Part shown: one piece after another, positions 25,173-40,723 of the stretch
How the letters are laid out: the number at the start of each line of letters is the position of its first letter
Numbering within the stretch: position 1 is the first letter of the stretch
Assembly: GCA_964247055.1 (NCBI GenBank)
Contig: OZ176052.1
Span: forward strand, 10,912,001-10,976,000
Direction: 5' to 3'
Source: Paragordius varius
Taxonomy: Eukaryota > Animalia > Nematomorpha
DNA: 64,000 bases
Translations under genes and position numbers: made by a program
Notes under the pieces: model-generated
What the model was told of the DNA's origin: nothing
The model's input: only the letters and a program-made list of their open reading frames with translations
Databases searched by the model: none

Positions 25173-26202
25173 GGGTGGGGTGATAAAAAAAATTTTTTTG
25201 ATTTGACTTCTAGTTTTCCAAGTTATGGCTTGCCTTCATGCGAAAAAAAACTTTAACATTAGAGTTTTTAAGTCATCCAAGAAAACTTTATTCGGAGTTA
25301 AAATATCATGTGATCAAGTAAAACTCAAAGATTTTGCAATTGTTGTGTAGGGCACAACAGATTTAAAAATATGGATAAGATCTTTTTGGAAACTATTTAT
25401 GTATGTAATTTAGTTTTTGTATGTAATTAAACCCTATGTTAATGCTACAAACTGTTTATTTGATAAAATTTTTGGCTAATTCTATTCAAATTGGGTGGAT
25501 ACAAAAGAGGATAAATTTTTATAAGAAAAGTGCTAATTTTTAAATTTAGCATATAATAATATGCTTAATTTAAAAATTCCGTGACAAAAAGGATTGATAC
25601 ATGAAAATATCTACAAATTAATAATTAAACATTAATTTTGTTTAAAATTGTCAAATCTTCGTTTTACATAATAAACGAAATTACTTCGTCATTAAAACAT
25701 AAAGAGTTTATATCATCATAAATTATTTGAAATGTAATGTTGATAATCAATTAAAAATAATTATATATTGTAATATTGTATAAACATCCCATTATATTTG
25801 CAAAAGGACTCCCAACAAAACGAGTAGTTTGGTAAAATAATAGAAGAGTGTTTTAAGGGCGAATGGTTTCATCAACTTAAAAATTTTAGTTACCGGGCTA
25901 AATATAAAATCTCTAATATTAAATTACACACGTGCCATTAAGTTTAAAAACTTTAAAAAATGCATATTGTATAGATTGTTTATCTTTTTCTGCCTTATTT
26001 ATAAATTTTGTTTGAAAATGATCAAAATAATTTTTGTAAAATTCGAATTGGGTGGCAAAAATGTTACATCCATAAGCAAAAGACTTGATTAAAGTGTTTT
26101 TTATCAGCAACCTTCAAGTGTACACTTGATGGCTTAAGTAAACTTGCTCTACTTGCCAAGCTGGACTTACAAGTCAAGGGCGACTTTTTTATAATCATAC
26201 CC
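25173..26202 (+). mobile_element. About 1 kb non-autonomous TIR element, family A, copy 1
   Basis: Colinear with the reverse complement of 47487-48464 over its whole length. Termini are imperfect inverted repeats (gggtggggtgataaaaaa / ttttttataatcataccc). No ORF. Confidence 0.75.
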
Positions 26203-28325
26203 TAGATCTGTAAGAATATAAAAATTGGAGAATTTCGGAGCCCACATCTATTAAAATATTGCTTTTTAAATTAATTTATGTATATCTTAAGGATATTTTT
26301 GGAATGAAGCATCCTATCTAAAACAAATTATTTGACTCAATGTGGCGAAATCGCTATTTTTCGGTGTAAAACAAATAGCACAAAAGCGTAAATTTACTTA
26401 ATATCTTGTAAGGCCCAAAATCAAAACCATTATGAGAATCCTGATTACACCCGATTTTGTGCAATGAATATTGTAAATACAAAACCACACTTAAATTCAT
26501 ATCTTTATGTATTAGTTTCAACCAAATCTGTTTTTTTCCAAATCCAATCATTTTGGCCGCGGCGAATCCACATTTTTTTGCGTATAAAACATTTTTCTAA
26601 TCAATTCGGTTTCTGTTCTGTTATCGAATGTTTCTGCGTTCCTTTTTTAAATAAACTAGTCTATTTATTATAATGATATTAAATAGCCAAAAGATAATAT
26701 ATATATTACCAACAAAACTATATTGTATACTAACTTTTACCCAAAATTACAAAATATTCAAGTAAAATAGGTAATATTAATAAAATGCCAATGTTAGAGT
26801 TTCGGCTATCCCTGCCATTTTGCATTATTATAAGTTGTTCTGACCTTACAACTAAAAAAATTAAAGAGCAATATAAAATAGCGCTATTGATACTTTGTTA
26901 CATTTTTTGAATTAATAAATGGTTCTCTTTTTATAATTATGGAAATAATATTGACCAAACTGATATGACAAAGTATATATTTCATCTCATATATATATAT
27001 ATATATATAATATTATCAAAACAGGATCCAGAAATAATCAAATTTTAGACGCTAATTTAATTAGAATTTATTTCAAAACTCACATAGCATGATGTGATCT
27101 AAGGTTCATTTATCATCATTATTTTGCCAGTTAGGTTTATAATTTTGGACCTAGGCTTGAAACACATTTTTTATAAAAAAAATAAAAATAAACGTTTATT
27201 TTCAACAACATTTATAAATTTAATAATATTTGCTTTATTTGATACAAGCTGTAATCTTCAAATAATGTTAAAATTTTGAATGTACCATTTCATATGAAAT
27301 ATATGATTGTTTTTTTATCTACAAGTAGTACACAAGCTTTTAACATTTGGAAGATGAGAACAAAGGCTTATGACCGCTAAATTGTGATATAAAAATTATT
27401 TTATAAATCCAAAGGGTTAATTATTATAATTATTATCAGTAAATTGTTTTAATATATATTTCATATAAAAATAGCTATATAATTAGTGTAATAAATTATG
27501 GTGAATACAATAAAATATTTAAAAATAAATTAATGTGACTTTTCTGATAATTACATTATAATTTTTATCCTTTTCATAAATTATGCAAGGCATTAATCCT
27601 AGAAATGTCGTTGTCTTTTACCAATTTCTTTAATATATTAATTAAAAAAAAATTATTTTTGTATAAATTATAATAAAATAAATTAAACATAAAAGATTCT
27701 AATTTTAACATTTTGTTAAAAAATCTTGACATATAATCCAGGATTAAAATTAATTTTAAAAGCTTAAAAAATATTTTGATAAAAGTAGAACTATATTTTA
27801 TTGAATCAACCCTAGTTTTTTTTTTCATCTCAATTTTGTATAAATGCATATTCTCTTCTGTAAACGGCCATACAGAGAAACCAGAATCTGTTTCGGTTTT
27901 AACGGTCTGACAACGGGTTTTCTTCTCTTAACCACCTATAAATACAATGTAATAGGTCACAAATTTTTCATACCCATTTTGTGTAACGAAATACAACCAA
28001 TAAAGTTGTCTCATTATAGAGTTTTACTAAATGGACAATCTAAATTATTATTAGTTTTGCAAAATCTTTTTACAGATGACACTCGAAATATTAATTAAAT
28101 TACACATAATTATATATACTCCTTCTTCCAATCCATGACCTCAATTTTAAAAAAGTAATGGGTCATTATATCTGCATCATGGTCTTTTTTAAATACTTAT
28201 ATAAAAATTAATTTCTTTGTCTACAAATAGTAAAAAAATTAAATGATTTTATATTATTTTGGCTTATTGAGGGCTGGGTCCATTAAATCGTATATTTGTG
28301 AAAAGTCTTCTCAAATTTGAACTCT

Positions 28326-28374
28326 TTGAATTGAATTGACTTGTTTTGAATTGAATTGACTTGTCTTGAATTGA
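28326..28374. repeat. Tandem 20-bp repeat, about 2.5 copies (ttgaattgaattgacttgtY)
   Basis: Directly visible. Confidence 0.85.
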
Positions 28375-31196
28375 TTTAATTTTACAATTAACGCATCGGT
28401 CCTTTGTTTACAGTCTAATAAATACCCTATTATTTTATATAGCAAATAACATCAACGAGAAATCTAAGGATTGGTTTAAACCAGCCTTTAGCATATAATT
28501 ATTTTAAATCATACATAAAATATAGGCCCCTTATCTTTTTCCTTAATATAATTTTTACCATTTTTATTATCTTTTCAATTGCTCACAGTTTAACTTGGTG
28601 AAATCAACTAATTTAATAACTAAAATTTGCTTTATTATATCAAAATATAAATCTGCGGGGAAAATATTAAATATGTCTTTTTGGCTTAAACAACAGGTCG
28701 AATTCGATGGTTTACTATTTAAAATTAAATTTTATAACCTATCAGTCAATACATAGTGCTTTTAGATTACCTACCACGTTTGTAGTTCTATTCAATATTA
28801 TTTAAGATGCTGAAATAACTGATAAGAAAGTGTGTTTATAAGTTAGTGTCCATGTATAAGATGTATGTTTTTGGTGTTATTAAATTTAGATTTATCTCAT
28901 ATATATTCTAACGGTGTTTTCCATTAACTTAAATTCCTCTAAAAAATAGAAAGATGAGATGAAGTGTAGTGGAATGAGGTATTGCAAGGCATACTAAGAA
29001 ATTTTATAAGAAAGAAAATTTTGCTGGTTTTTATGTTTTTATTATATTAAGCATAACCATTAATAAAAACTACTTTTTTTAACAACTTGTATGTGTAAAA
29101 AATTTTGTAGCTTAGAGTAACTATAAGGTAATCGAGTTTTATATTATCTTATTCAAAGTGTAGATATATAAATGATTGATGTGCTTATAAATATTTTATG
29201 AACAATTTAAAAGCCATTCGATATTTACCTTAAACTATCCTTTAATGACTGAAAATTATGTACTTACTAAATTCTTATACAGAATTTTTTAACAGCAAAA
29301 ATTTAAACTGGTAAATATTTAGCTTCCAAATATTATTATATATCCATTTTTAGGATTTTTTCTAAAAAAATATATTTATATTTTTTCGAATTTCAATAAA
29401 AAATTGGGTGTCAAAAAACTATTTAGAAAGAAATGAATTGTCCAGTTAGTTACTTTTAATTAATTAAAGCTTTCAGATGCTATAATGATTTTTTTATTTT
29501 TGGTTTTATCTATCAAGGAGAAATGGTGTTAATTAAAAATCGCTTGTGTTGTCCTTTTGCGTTGACCCTTGTTTCTTTATATTTATATGATCTTACATTG
29601 TCTTCTTATATAATTTGATTAATATTTTTTATTATTAAATAATAATAATAATACATATATTTTGATTAGTATTATTAATATTAAAACACACAAAAAATCA
29701 ATAGGTCTCCAATAGAGTCAGTCAGAGGAGATGAATAATAAAAGATTATTACTATAAAAAAATAATTTGTAATTTTTATGATGTCAGTCTCATCATAAAC
29801 TTCCTCTACACTACATTATAATATAACTAATATAAAAGGCCATCTATACATATCTATTGAAAAAATGATTATAATTATTAAAAATGTAAAATTACTTACT
29901 TAATTAACATAAAAATCAATGTAAAGAGGGAGAGAGAGCTAATCAAAAAAGGTTATTGTTTATGTGGTGGAATTAACGCATGAAAATATTTGAATAATTT
30001 TGTGCGAACCAATTAGATCTTCGTTCATCCATAAAAAAATTTAAAAAATAAATTATCGTGGTTTTGATAACTCTTTCAACATTTGAAAACTAAATAATTA
30101 AAAGTTTGTATATAAAATTTTTAAACACAACTCTGATACAGTGAGAAATAATATTGGTTTGTTAAATATTTAATTTTTTTTATAGCATAATTTTTTTAAT
30201 CGCTTATCAGCATTATGAAGCAATATAAAATGGATAACATTACTAGATTTTGAAATTATATTATTATATGGTTCCAAAACTTGAGCAATTAAAGAAAGAT
30301 AACAGCAAATTTAGTTAGAAACCATTAAATATTGCATGACACAACCTTTTTTGTATAAACTGGAATTCCTCTTTCTACTATGACTGTAATTAAAATCCAT
30401 AGTTAGAGACTCTTGTATCTCATACAACACAGCGTTTTTCGAAATGTAAGGTGTAGTTACGCATAGTACAGAGTTAATCTTTCAAAAAATAAAAAATACA
30501 GCATGTCAAAAATATAACGTCCTAAAAAGGAGGAAACCATTTTGGAGTATTTTTTTCGAAGCATAGAAAATTAACCTTCGGGACAGCCAGCCACGTGTGA
30601 AAGATGTTCCTGGTTATATTTGTATCTAAAAAATATGTGACCTGTGGTCTGCTCTACTGTTCATAAAAATTGTCTTAGTTACGGAGTATACATAACATTT
30701 TTTGTTGTTTTTTCCATGTTAAACAATGGCCATAAATTACAACAGAATACGCGACACACAAAATATATGTAATAATAATAATATAAAAATATGTCACATA
30801 AAATATGGCAGTAGGAAAAAATAAAGAAAAAAGGATGCGCATATTAGCTTACTACGATTCCGTTTTTTCGAGTTATTATATCATCCGATGCCTGTATATG
30901 CTTATATATATAGGCATTGACCTATAAAGTATATAGAAATTTAACATTATTTTTAGATTGAATTTTTTTTTCATAACATTAATTTGTTTGAAATCCCTTT
31001 TTATAGTTAATAATTTTAAATTTTTAAATAAATTATTTGAATGAATCATTAATTGGTGGACATTCATTCGGCATAATCAAAATCGCCAAAACCTAACCCA
31101 ATTTTTAAATTATGGATCTTCTAATATCACAAATCCAAAATCGAATATATCCTATATGTAAAAATATTAAAAGTTATAAATAAATGAAATTAAAAC

Positions 31197-34100
31197 ATGG
31201 ATAGCGGAGCGATGTTCCTTAAACTTATATTCTTTATTCTAGCTTTCAAAGGTTTGATTTAAACATTGTATTTTTCAATGAAACACTACAATCGTAAACC
31301 CATAAATAACCATATTTTAATTATTTAATAAATAAATTGAACTCATACTTTTTAGTTCAGAGAAAATTCGCATTGGACCTTGGTAATACAATAACTAATT
31401 TAACCAAAACAATAGGAATGCCTGTTGAGATACCCTGCAATCTCGATGCCATGCGACAAACTCTTCAAAATAAAGCTTTCGATATGGCTTTTCCCCTCAA
31501 AGTAAAAAAACTAATTAATTAATTAATTAAATCTCCATAATCAGTTTTATCTTTTTTTTACATATCCGCAGTTCTTAAATGTTATCTGATAAGCTTTCCA
31601 TTATTTTCCGAGCTATATAATTTAGTTCTCGGGCAAATACGGCATATTCTATAAGTCATTTACAAAATGCACCCAAATATCGATACTTTAATATTATAAC
31701 TTTTGATTAAACGAAACAGAAACTTTGTAACTAATAACTTCATTGTTTATTTTAAGACAAAGGCAACAAGTAAGGATTTTAGCAGTAGTGAAGAAATGTT
31801 TTTTGTGGAATCGAACGACGAGATTTTGGAACCGATGATAGAAACCACGGTTCCAGATGGCTCTTTAAAATTTAAATTTTCAAAAACTAATACAATATTA
31901 TTCATTGTTAATAAAACATTTTCTATTTTAATTGAACTACAAAACTACTTTTTTATATTACTCGGAAAATACCATAGAAAAATTTAGGCTTTTAGGGTAT
32001 CATTTCTAGCAGTTATCAGAAATTATACCCATATTCATAAAAACAATGAAATCATAAACAAAACTTTGTGTAGCAAAAACCTGAACCAAAATCCTTTTGT
32101 TTCAAACGTTTTTGAAAATATGCGGAACTGGAACCTAAGACACAATAATGACTTGAAACCCGAACAAAAAGGGATTTGGCTCAAATACCCGGTTATTAGT
32201 TTTATGGTTACATCTTGTGATTATCCGTCAAATAAATAAAATAATAATTACCCCTATTCTCCTTTAAATCAAACTTGGTTTTTAATTAATGCATATATAA
32301 GTTAAGGCGATTAATAGATTCGCAATTAATTTTATCAGACTTTTCTTACAAAATACTAGGCTCAGAAAGGATTCATAGCATGATATGAATGTGTTATGAT
32401 AAAGTCTTAAAATTCATTATTTGCATATTGCTCAGATTGCTTGGTTGAAGGGATTTGACCTAAACATCTTAGCTTATGAAAATATAATGATTTATCGAGA
32501 TGATCGCCTAAACGCAACGTATGAACCTGATAAGAATATTTACACTTTAACCATTTCCAATGTAATGCCACACGATGCCGACATCTATATTTGCCAAATT
32601 AATACTGATCCACCGCTAAGGCATTTGACTTATCTCTCAATTTTAAGTAAGCTGTTTTATCCTTCATTCTTCAAAAAACTGTGCTATATAGGGCGATCAT
32701 TAAGGCTAAATTACTATTATAAAGATCTATATAAAAAGTTGGTAAAAATTATTTAGTTAGGAAGCGCTTTTACATTTGTGCTGTATATATGAATTTATTT
32801 AGTTTTAAAGTTTAGCTATTATAATGAAATAAATGATCTGTAATATATTTTGGTATAAAACAAATAGTTTATGTATTATATATATTATGAAATTAAAAAT
32901 ATCTAGATATTTTGATATACAACATTTTTAATTTATATAAACCATAAAATCCAAAATTCCTAAAAAATCTACAATAAGGTGAAATTCGAATATAAGTTAA
33001 CATTTTTCACCAATATGCACTTATGTTTTTGAATCGTTTCAACATTTTTTAACTATTGTTTATTAATTATTTTTCTGATTACATATATTGGGTAATTGGC
33101 CATTTTAATATGATATATAAATTAAAGGCCAATTATATATATAACTTTAGCTCATATCCATTTCAGTAATTTCGCTATATTAGTTATTGATTCCATATTC
33201 AATTCTGAAAAAATAAAATAATTATATTTGAATTCACCATCTGAATTATGAAATAAAATTCCGGTCGCAAAACACCATTACAAAAAGAGTTTTTTTCTTC
33301 AATAATAATTTGAGCTATACCAAGGTATGGGATAAATATTTATTTAATAATAAATTCTGATTAAATATAAATTTCCATTATATTAGCACCTCCTCAACTC
33401 ATAGAGGAGGAAACGACAAACGATTTGAGTGTCCAAGAATACGAACAAGTCGATCTCCAATGCTCTGCAAAAGGAAATCCACCCCCTAAAATAACGTGGG
33501 TTAAATCTCACATTGATTCGAAATCTGGAAAAATAAAAATGAGTAAATTTTATGAGAGATATTTTGTACAACTCAATAAAATTAATAACTTAATTTAAAG
33601 TTTTTAACGATATGTGAAACCCTTTATGAATAGTACTCACAGTTAGTTTTGTTCTTGTTAGCACACAACAGTAAACAAATTTACTTGGTGGTTTCAATTA
33701 TCGATTTCGTATTTTCTATCTCTCTACTATTTGATTTAAAGTCGCTATTACTTATCAAACCAAAACAATTTTAATGAAGTTAACAGAAAATTTATCAAAA
33801 ATTTTCAAAATTTAACCTAATGACATGTAAATAATGGGGATCCCATAGAAATCTGTTGCACTATTATTTTTTTCATTATAAATTATGGATATCTATACTT
33901 TTCAAAAAAAATTATCGTCGTTGTTTAAGTTAGAATGAAGGCAAATGGTGCAAAACTTACCATATTCAATGTGACACAAAAACATGACGGAACATATACA
34001 TGCCTGGTGGATAATGGTGTCCTGCCCGCTATAAGTCGCCAAATCGTACTGAAAGTTTTACGTAAACATACATTTTAAAATTTGATCAATTATAATTAAT

Positions 34101-35102
34101 ATTTGACAATTTTAATTGAAAAAAGAACTGATTGCTTTCTCTATAAAAATTGAAAAACGACAATATACATCTAATTATGATAGATAAACCGTATCTGGTG
34201 AGGAGTCATGATTTATATTTCACTACATATCATATTGTGCGTTCTTTGCAATACGGAGAGGCCTATCTTTTCTGCCTTTTTAGGTGTAACCCATTGCCCC
34301 AAATCAATTGGACCCTTAATGATTTACCCATTAAATTTGATTCACGGTAATTAAAGCTGTCGTTTATGCTATATAGAGAAATGTTACATAAAAATTAATT
34401 TTTTGAACAAAAAATTTATATAAATATATGTTTTTATGACAAATAGAATAAAGCACAAAGAAGTGACGATAGGACACAATTACATTTTATCCAACTTAGT
34501 TGTAATGAATTTACAATTAAATGATAGTGGAAGGTATGCATGTACGGCTCAAAACAAATTTGGGAAATCTAAACATTTTATTACCGTAAAAGGTATTAAA
34601 CATAAAGCTTTTTAAACCCATTTAATAAGTTTCTATTATATTTTGACATAAATTATTTATAGAATTTGTATATAGATACAATATTTTAATGTTTCAATTT
34701 AAAAATGCCTTAAATAATTACATTTATACATTATGCAGTTAAAAGGAAAATGTTGGAGTATACAGCCATACCTCCAAAACTCAAAGAAAATAATCCCTTG
34801 ATTCTAATATCAACTCCAAAACTTAATAATCCACATCCACGAACTATAAAAATTAAAACCTTTTACCTGCCCAAAATAGCTGGGATGCAACAACAAACTA
34901 CATCAAAAAGTTTTTTAAATAATTACATTTTTTAATTATAATGATATTACATTTTTTAATTATAATGATATTATCTCTGTATAATTTTAATTTTTTAGGC
35001 CTCAACATACATTATGTTCCGTGGCAGATCCAGTCAATTAAATTTATCACCGTAATATTTACAATAGTAATAATTTTATTGTCATCAGAATCAATAATAT
35101 AG
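31197..35102 (+). CDS. Lachesin/DIP-like three-Ig-domain cell-surface protein, probably GPI-anchored, about 9 exons
   Basis: Signal-peptide exon 31197-31251 (MDSGAMFLKLIFFILAFK). Ig1 ITNLTKTIGMPVEIPC...K|IAWLK...YICQINTDP; Ig2 PPQLIEEET...LQCSAKGNPPPKITW...GTYTCLVDNGVLPAISRQIVLKV; Ig3 FC...PLPQINW...DSGRYACTAQNKFG; hydrophobic tail ending in TAG at 35100-35102. All junction phases are compatible. Confidence 0.85.
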
Positions 35103-35829
35103 CGACCAATTATCATTAATCCTCTATATATAATAAAAAATATATATAATGATTTTATTCGATAGTTGAAAGGTTAATAAAAACGATTAAAAAGTTTTAA
35201 TAAACTTATGTTTGCGCCATAAAGTCTAGCTCATCACATTCCATTTCGAAATTGAAAATAGAGTTTACAAAAAAAGCACAAAGATGGTTTACAAAAGTAC
35301 TCTGTGCGCCTTTCTATCTAATAAAAATAATACAAATTGATGTTAATCTCTATATATAGATAAATAAAAAATTATATAAGTTAAATATATATATTATTGA
35401 TGATAATGATAAAATTTAATTACATATGAAAAAAAAGTTAAACCCTTTGGGGAATTAGGAAAAGTGCATGTCTGCACTTAATGACCAAAATATTTTAGTA
35501 TAAGTCAACACAAATAACAATGCATTTAAAATTGGATATTTCATGATAAAATAGATGTAGTTTAAGGGCCTTTACCTCAATATAATATATATCATATATA
35601 AATTATGGCTGATAAAATATTTTAAATTGGTTTTATTCTTTTTTATCTAATTAACTGAATTTTAGTTTTTCAAGGTATAAAGTATAGTCAATAGTCATTT
35701 ATCTAAGAGAAGACAGAGTGCGCAGACGATAAAAAGATAAAGACCCCATTTTGGTCATCTGACATAATATTAAAAACTTACACAAGTTGAATTCGTTAAT
35801 AACTAACATATTGTTAATTTGTAAAATTT

Positions 35830-36834
35830 TGTGCCTGAAAAAGAACATTTGCGGCACACATTTCTTTTTTGTTGTAAAAGGCTGTTTAAAGACATTGTTT
35901 GCTAGCAGAACAATATGGTGAACCTTTATCGACGAAAAAAGAAAATTAAAATATTGTTAATTTAATCAAAAAGCTTGGCACTCTAATAAACCACACAACT
36001 GCAATGACGATAAATTGTAGAGTTATTGTATGATTACTTAACTCAAACTCAAAGCCAATTAGCAGAAGCATTACATGTATCATAATAAACAATCAGTAAA
36101 TGTCAGCAAACAAATGAAAAGAGCAAATTCGGTATATGGGTCTTAGTCAATTAAAAGAACGTCAAATTGAAAATTAAAAAATAACTTGAAATCCTGCTTT
36201 AATATCACGAAAGGAATCATTGAATTGTGACGGGTGATGAGAAGTGGCTTTATTTTGCAAATTCAAAGCAGAAAAATCGTGGTTTTTCATTTGCCAAGCC
36301 ATTCCATCCACAATAGGCTAAATCGTGCCACAAGAAGACCATGTCTGTGTCTTGGGGGACCAGAGCGGTATTGTGTATTATGAACTTTTGAGCCGTGAAA
36401 TAGATAATACAGAACAATAGCTAACAAATACCTAATTTAAACCATGCATTAATCAAAAAAGGAATGAGCCAGAAAACATGGTAAAATAATTTTGCTACAT
36501 TAAAATGCTTCGTCTCCTACGGCAAGAGTGAGAGTCACCTTTAAATTGCTTTATAGGAATTTTTACGCATACGCTGAACTCTCCTGACATGGCGCCATCT
36601 GACTGATACAACTCGCATCAATGGGGCACACGGCGTAAGCAGCGCTTTATAAATTTATTAGACGTTAGAAAATGGCTTGACCATTGATTTGCCGTAAAAG
36701 AAAATCATCTTTTTTTGGAATGGCATTCATATATTACCTGAGAGATAGGCGAAATGTTTAGAATCCAATAGACCTTTCCTGACAAAATTCCGCATTTTTC
36801 TACCAAAAACGGTAAAAACTATGTCTACACCGTA
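35830..36834 (+). mobile_element. Degenerate mariner (DD34D) transposon fossil
   Basis: Frameshifted motifs VPEKEHLRH, TQTQSQLAEALHVS, IVTGDEKW, DQSGIVYYELL, IILLH*NA, NSPDMAPSD, VRKWLD, FWNGIHILPER*AKCLES. Right TIR-like end aaaaacggtaaaaactatgtctacaccg-TA; left TIR not found. Confidence 0.88.
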
Positions 36835-38979
36835 CTACTTTAATTTAACTTTCACATTTTTTAATGATCTCTCCTAATTTTCCAAATATAGGGTTATAAA
36901 TTGAAGTGTATTTTGAGCCGGCTTCTCACATATACAGTGTGCTCAAACTCATTCTTTACAGGTTTTAAAAAGAATTTACAGACATCTTGGTTAAAAGACA
37001 TTTAATTTTGAGATCACGATTAAAAAGTGGGCTTTTATTATGTTATTGCAAGGAGTTTGCTATTAGTTTAATATCTCTTTTGTCCCTTTAATATACTTAA
37101 CATTACTTTTTGCAGAAATATCCATTAATATTAATTAAAAATAATTAAATACTCGATTAAAACTTTTATAATTTTGGTTTTAGTTAAATTTTGATTATAA
37201 CAACGAAAATTTAAAGCTAAAACTTTGGTTAAATGATGTTTTATCTCTATTGTTAAAAAATCGTTTAAATTATAAAAATTTTAATGAATATCTCAAGGTT
37301 ACTGTGCCATTTCTGTAACCTACGATAAAACAAAGGGAAACTTCTAGCGCACTAAAAATAATTATAAGTATGCAAAAATTTAGCCAAAAAATCATTTAGT
37401 TATCTTTTAAAATCATTAAAGTTATTTAAATTAAAATATTTTTGTTTGATCGAAATATTTAGCATGCTAAAAAATTACGCTGGATTTTAATTAGACACGG
37501 TCAAGTCATTTGGACAATATATTACAATTATGCCATCATCCATATTGTTGAATTAGTGGTTGCTAAATTATTTAGTTAGCATAAAGAATTTTTTTTTAAT
37601 TATTAGAATTTTTATAAAACAAATTTTTTTACTCATAAAAATTTTAAAATTTATTGGTACGAATCTTTTAGCAATATTTAAATTTAATCTGCCTTTTTTC
37701 TTAAAACTTTATTCCAAATTTACACATAATATTTTCATTAGTCCATAAATCCAATGTTCCTGCATTCTCCGTAAAACTTGGAATTATTATTTGATCAGTT
37801 ATTTTAAAGTATAATATACAATGTATGAATCGATAAATATCTTTAATTTTTAATTATAATGTAATCAAATATTTGAATGGAAACTTCGATATTTATTATA
37901 TATTTTTTATAAAAAATAATCAAATAAATAAGCCTAAATGAGAATTTCAACATCAAAATATCCCAGGTCTATACCATATTCCCAATCCAGCTATATTGAA
38001 TATAAATCCAGTGTCTTTTAATCTTGGATTCGACTTCGTACGATTTTGGGTTTCATCATTTAATTTTGCATTGCATATCCTCACAATTTCAAAAATTAAT
38101 AAAATCTAAAACAAATATAATGTTAAATATTCAATATTTATAACTATTTTTTTGAAAAAAATATAAATATTACTTTGAATATCATAGCTATTTTCATGTT
38201 AAATAAAATTTATGAATAATTGAATGGTTAATAAAACATCAATGAGTTTGAAGTACTTATCTTCTTTTTACTGGATACTATTGGTGTATAAGTATAAGTG
38301 ATGTTAAGTTAAGAAATGATGAAAAAGTATTATGTAATAAATGTAAATGATTGGATATTTTTAATTATAAAATATTACTAAGAAGGTTTTATTAAGGGGA
38401 TGTTGGATTTAACTATAAAATCATTTGAATAAACAAAGACTGATTACAAACTCTATGCCACGATTGATGTTTTATCCAAATGAAAAATTTAGGAAAGCTG
38501 GGGCCTATATCGTAAGAAATACCAATTATATTTTAAGTTTTATTAAAAAATTTAGATGCCGCCCCTACAATACCGATTTGATAAAAATTGATTTCGACCA
38601 ATATACCATTTAATTAATCCAAAATAAAGGTAAATTTGATTGGTTATCTTATATTAGCAGGCGTAAAAAAAACATATAGAGTATATATATTCTATATTCA
38701 CCTTCTTTTATGAAGTAAAAAAAATCCTAAAAATTATGATTAAATGATGATCGATCAGAATTATTTAAATATATATATATATATATATATTATATGTATC
38801 TATAACGTGTATAAGTCACTAAATTCTTTTTAAAGAAGTTTTACTGCTTTAGATAGGAAGTAACAGTAAAAAAATTATTAAAAAGGCAAAAAAGGTACCT
38901 AATCTTTTTTCATAAATTTCACAAAAATATTTGCTTAAGAACGATTGTACATAAAAATAAAAATTTATGAATCTATTCT

Positions 38980-39500
38980 TTAACACTTCAATGCCTTTTC
39001 ACTTTTTTGTCATAGTTTACATATTAGGGGAGGTTTTATCCCAGAGCTCAATTTTGTAATACAGTTATGAAAGTTATTTTAGTTAAAATTTAATTATCAA
39101 GCATTGTTCTCGTGTTTTAGATAAAAAAGCTTATATTTTTTAGTTTTGTGACTTCTAGACTCTGAAATTGAGACAGGTTCAAAACACGATTGAAACGAAC
39201 AGCGGATATTAAGATCAGAATATATTAAGTTTTGCCGGCAAAATATAGCCTGAAAGCTTTTTAAAGTTAATTTCCATTTTCTAACCATAATATACATTAT
39301 TTGCCTGTGGCATTGATTTATAATTAAAAAAATGGCGGCAAAATATTTGAGATAGGATTTTTTTACAATTTTACATTTTTTAAAAATGTATAATGCGCCT
39401 AAAAGACTAAAGATACATATTTTTTCGGCTGATTACCTTAAATACTTATTAAGATATTTAAGTTTTAAATCGCTCTTGGATATAAAACTACCCTAAAAGG
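38980..39500 (-). repeat. Dispersed repeat family B, copy 2
   Basis: Reverse complement aligns with 6310-6780. Confidence 0.72.
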
Positions 39501-40723
39501 TAATGGAGAGTTAATGCGCAACCCCTAAGATCATTTATATTATAAATATTAAAGTTTAAAATATATAATATAAGTCTTATTTAGTTTAATTTAAATTTTA
39601 ATGTAATTTAAAACATTCGTGGAATATTAAAGCCAAACATCATTTTTTACTTTCAACTTTAAAATAATTTACAACCATAAGATATGTTAAAATTTTGTTT
39701 ATAAAATTTCATTTTTTTTCACAGCCAACCAAAATACAGACTATTTATCGGTATAATATGGTTCACGGTCCTTAAGACTAAAAATATTCTTTCAGCTCTT
39801 TAAATATTTTTGATGTGAGTACCACTGGTTTACAGTATTGTGAAGAACCAGAAATTCGATTTAATTAGGTATTTTTTAAAGAACATGTTAATTAAATTCA
39901 ACTCACATTATTTTTTTCAAAAGAAAAAAAGTAATAAAAACCGTTTTTATCGGTTCCAACTCAAATTTCTTTGGTTTTTTTGATACATATTTTGAAAACC
40001 ATCCCGAACAAAATAAATACGGTCTCAAAAGATATTTTTTTCAAAAAATGATTATAATTTCGACCTTTTTTGGCCAAATGGTTGTGTTTTCGATGCTTAT
40101 TTTAAATACAAAAAGCCCCATCTTACATGAATAAACATCCAATTTTATGAATGGTCCTTTTCTTTTAGTGGAAGAAAATATAATTAAATTAAAAATCACT
40201 CTTTTTTACCGAGACTTTCGGTTAAATAAACCATGGTTCCAATTTTTAAAAATAAAACTCCTAGACTTACATGTTATCTGTAGCTAATGATTATAACTAA
40301 TTTTGCAATAATGCCTACGGGATCAAAAATATTTAAATGCCAAAAACCTAATAATTTATAAACATTAAAATTAAAAAATCAGGTAAAAATTATGTTACAA
40401 AACCTATAGGATTTAAGTGCCTAATTTATGCACGGATATGTTTTATAAAAATATTTAATTTTTAAACCGTTATATTGTATGAAACACGGACGATTAATTG
40501 CTCTTTCTATGACATTATATATCATTAAATTAATTTATTTGATACAAACTCAATACCAATACACACGGCAAATTTGTTTTCATAATAATAATAATGAGTT
40601 AAAAATATTTAATATCTGTTGTATTAATCGGAATAAAAATATTAGTAGTATTCGAAGAAAAAACTCAAAATTAAATTATATAGGTTTGGGCGGTACGGAT
40701 TAATATTATAATGAAATGAAATG

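Noticed and set aside
31703-31987. ORF with acidic stretch inside the Ig gene, as a possible cassette exon
   Set aside because: The flanking exons already join in frame as ...PLK|IAWLK with no good phase-0 donor here. The segment carries GGAACC/GGTTCC motifs of the hAT-like MITE family.
37745-38075. Slightly GC-richer, exon-like segments on the - strand (…FIFNIAGLGIW…)
   Set aside because: No recognisable family, no start exon and no convincing multi-exon model; left unresolved.
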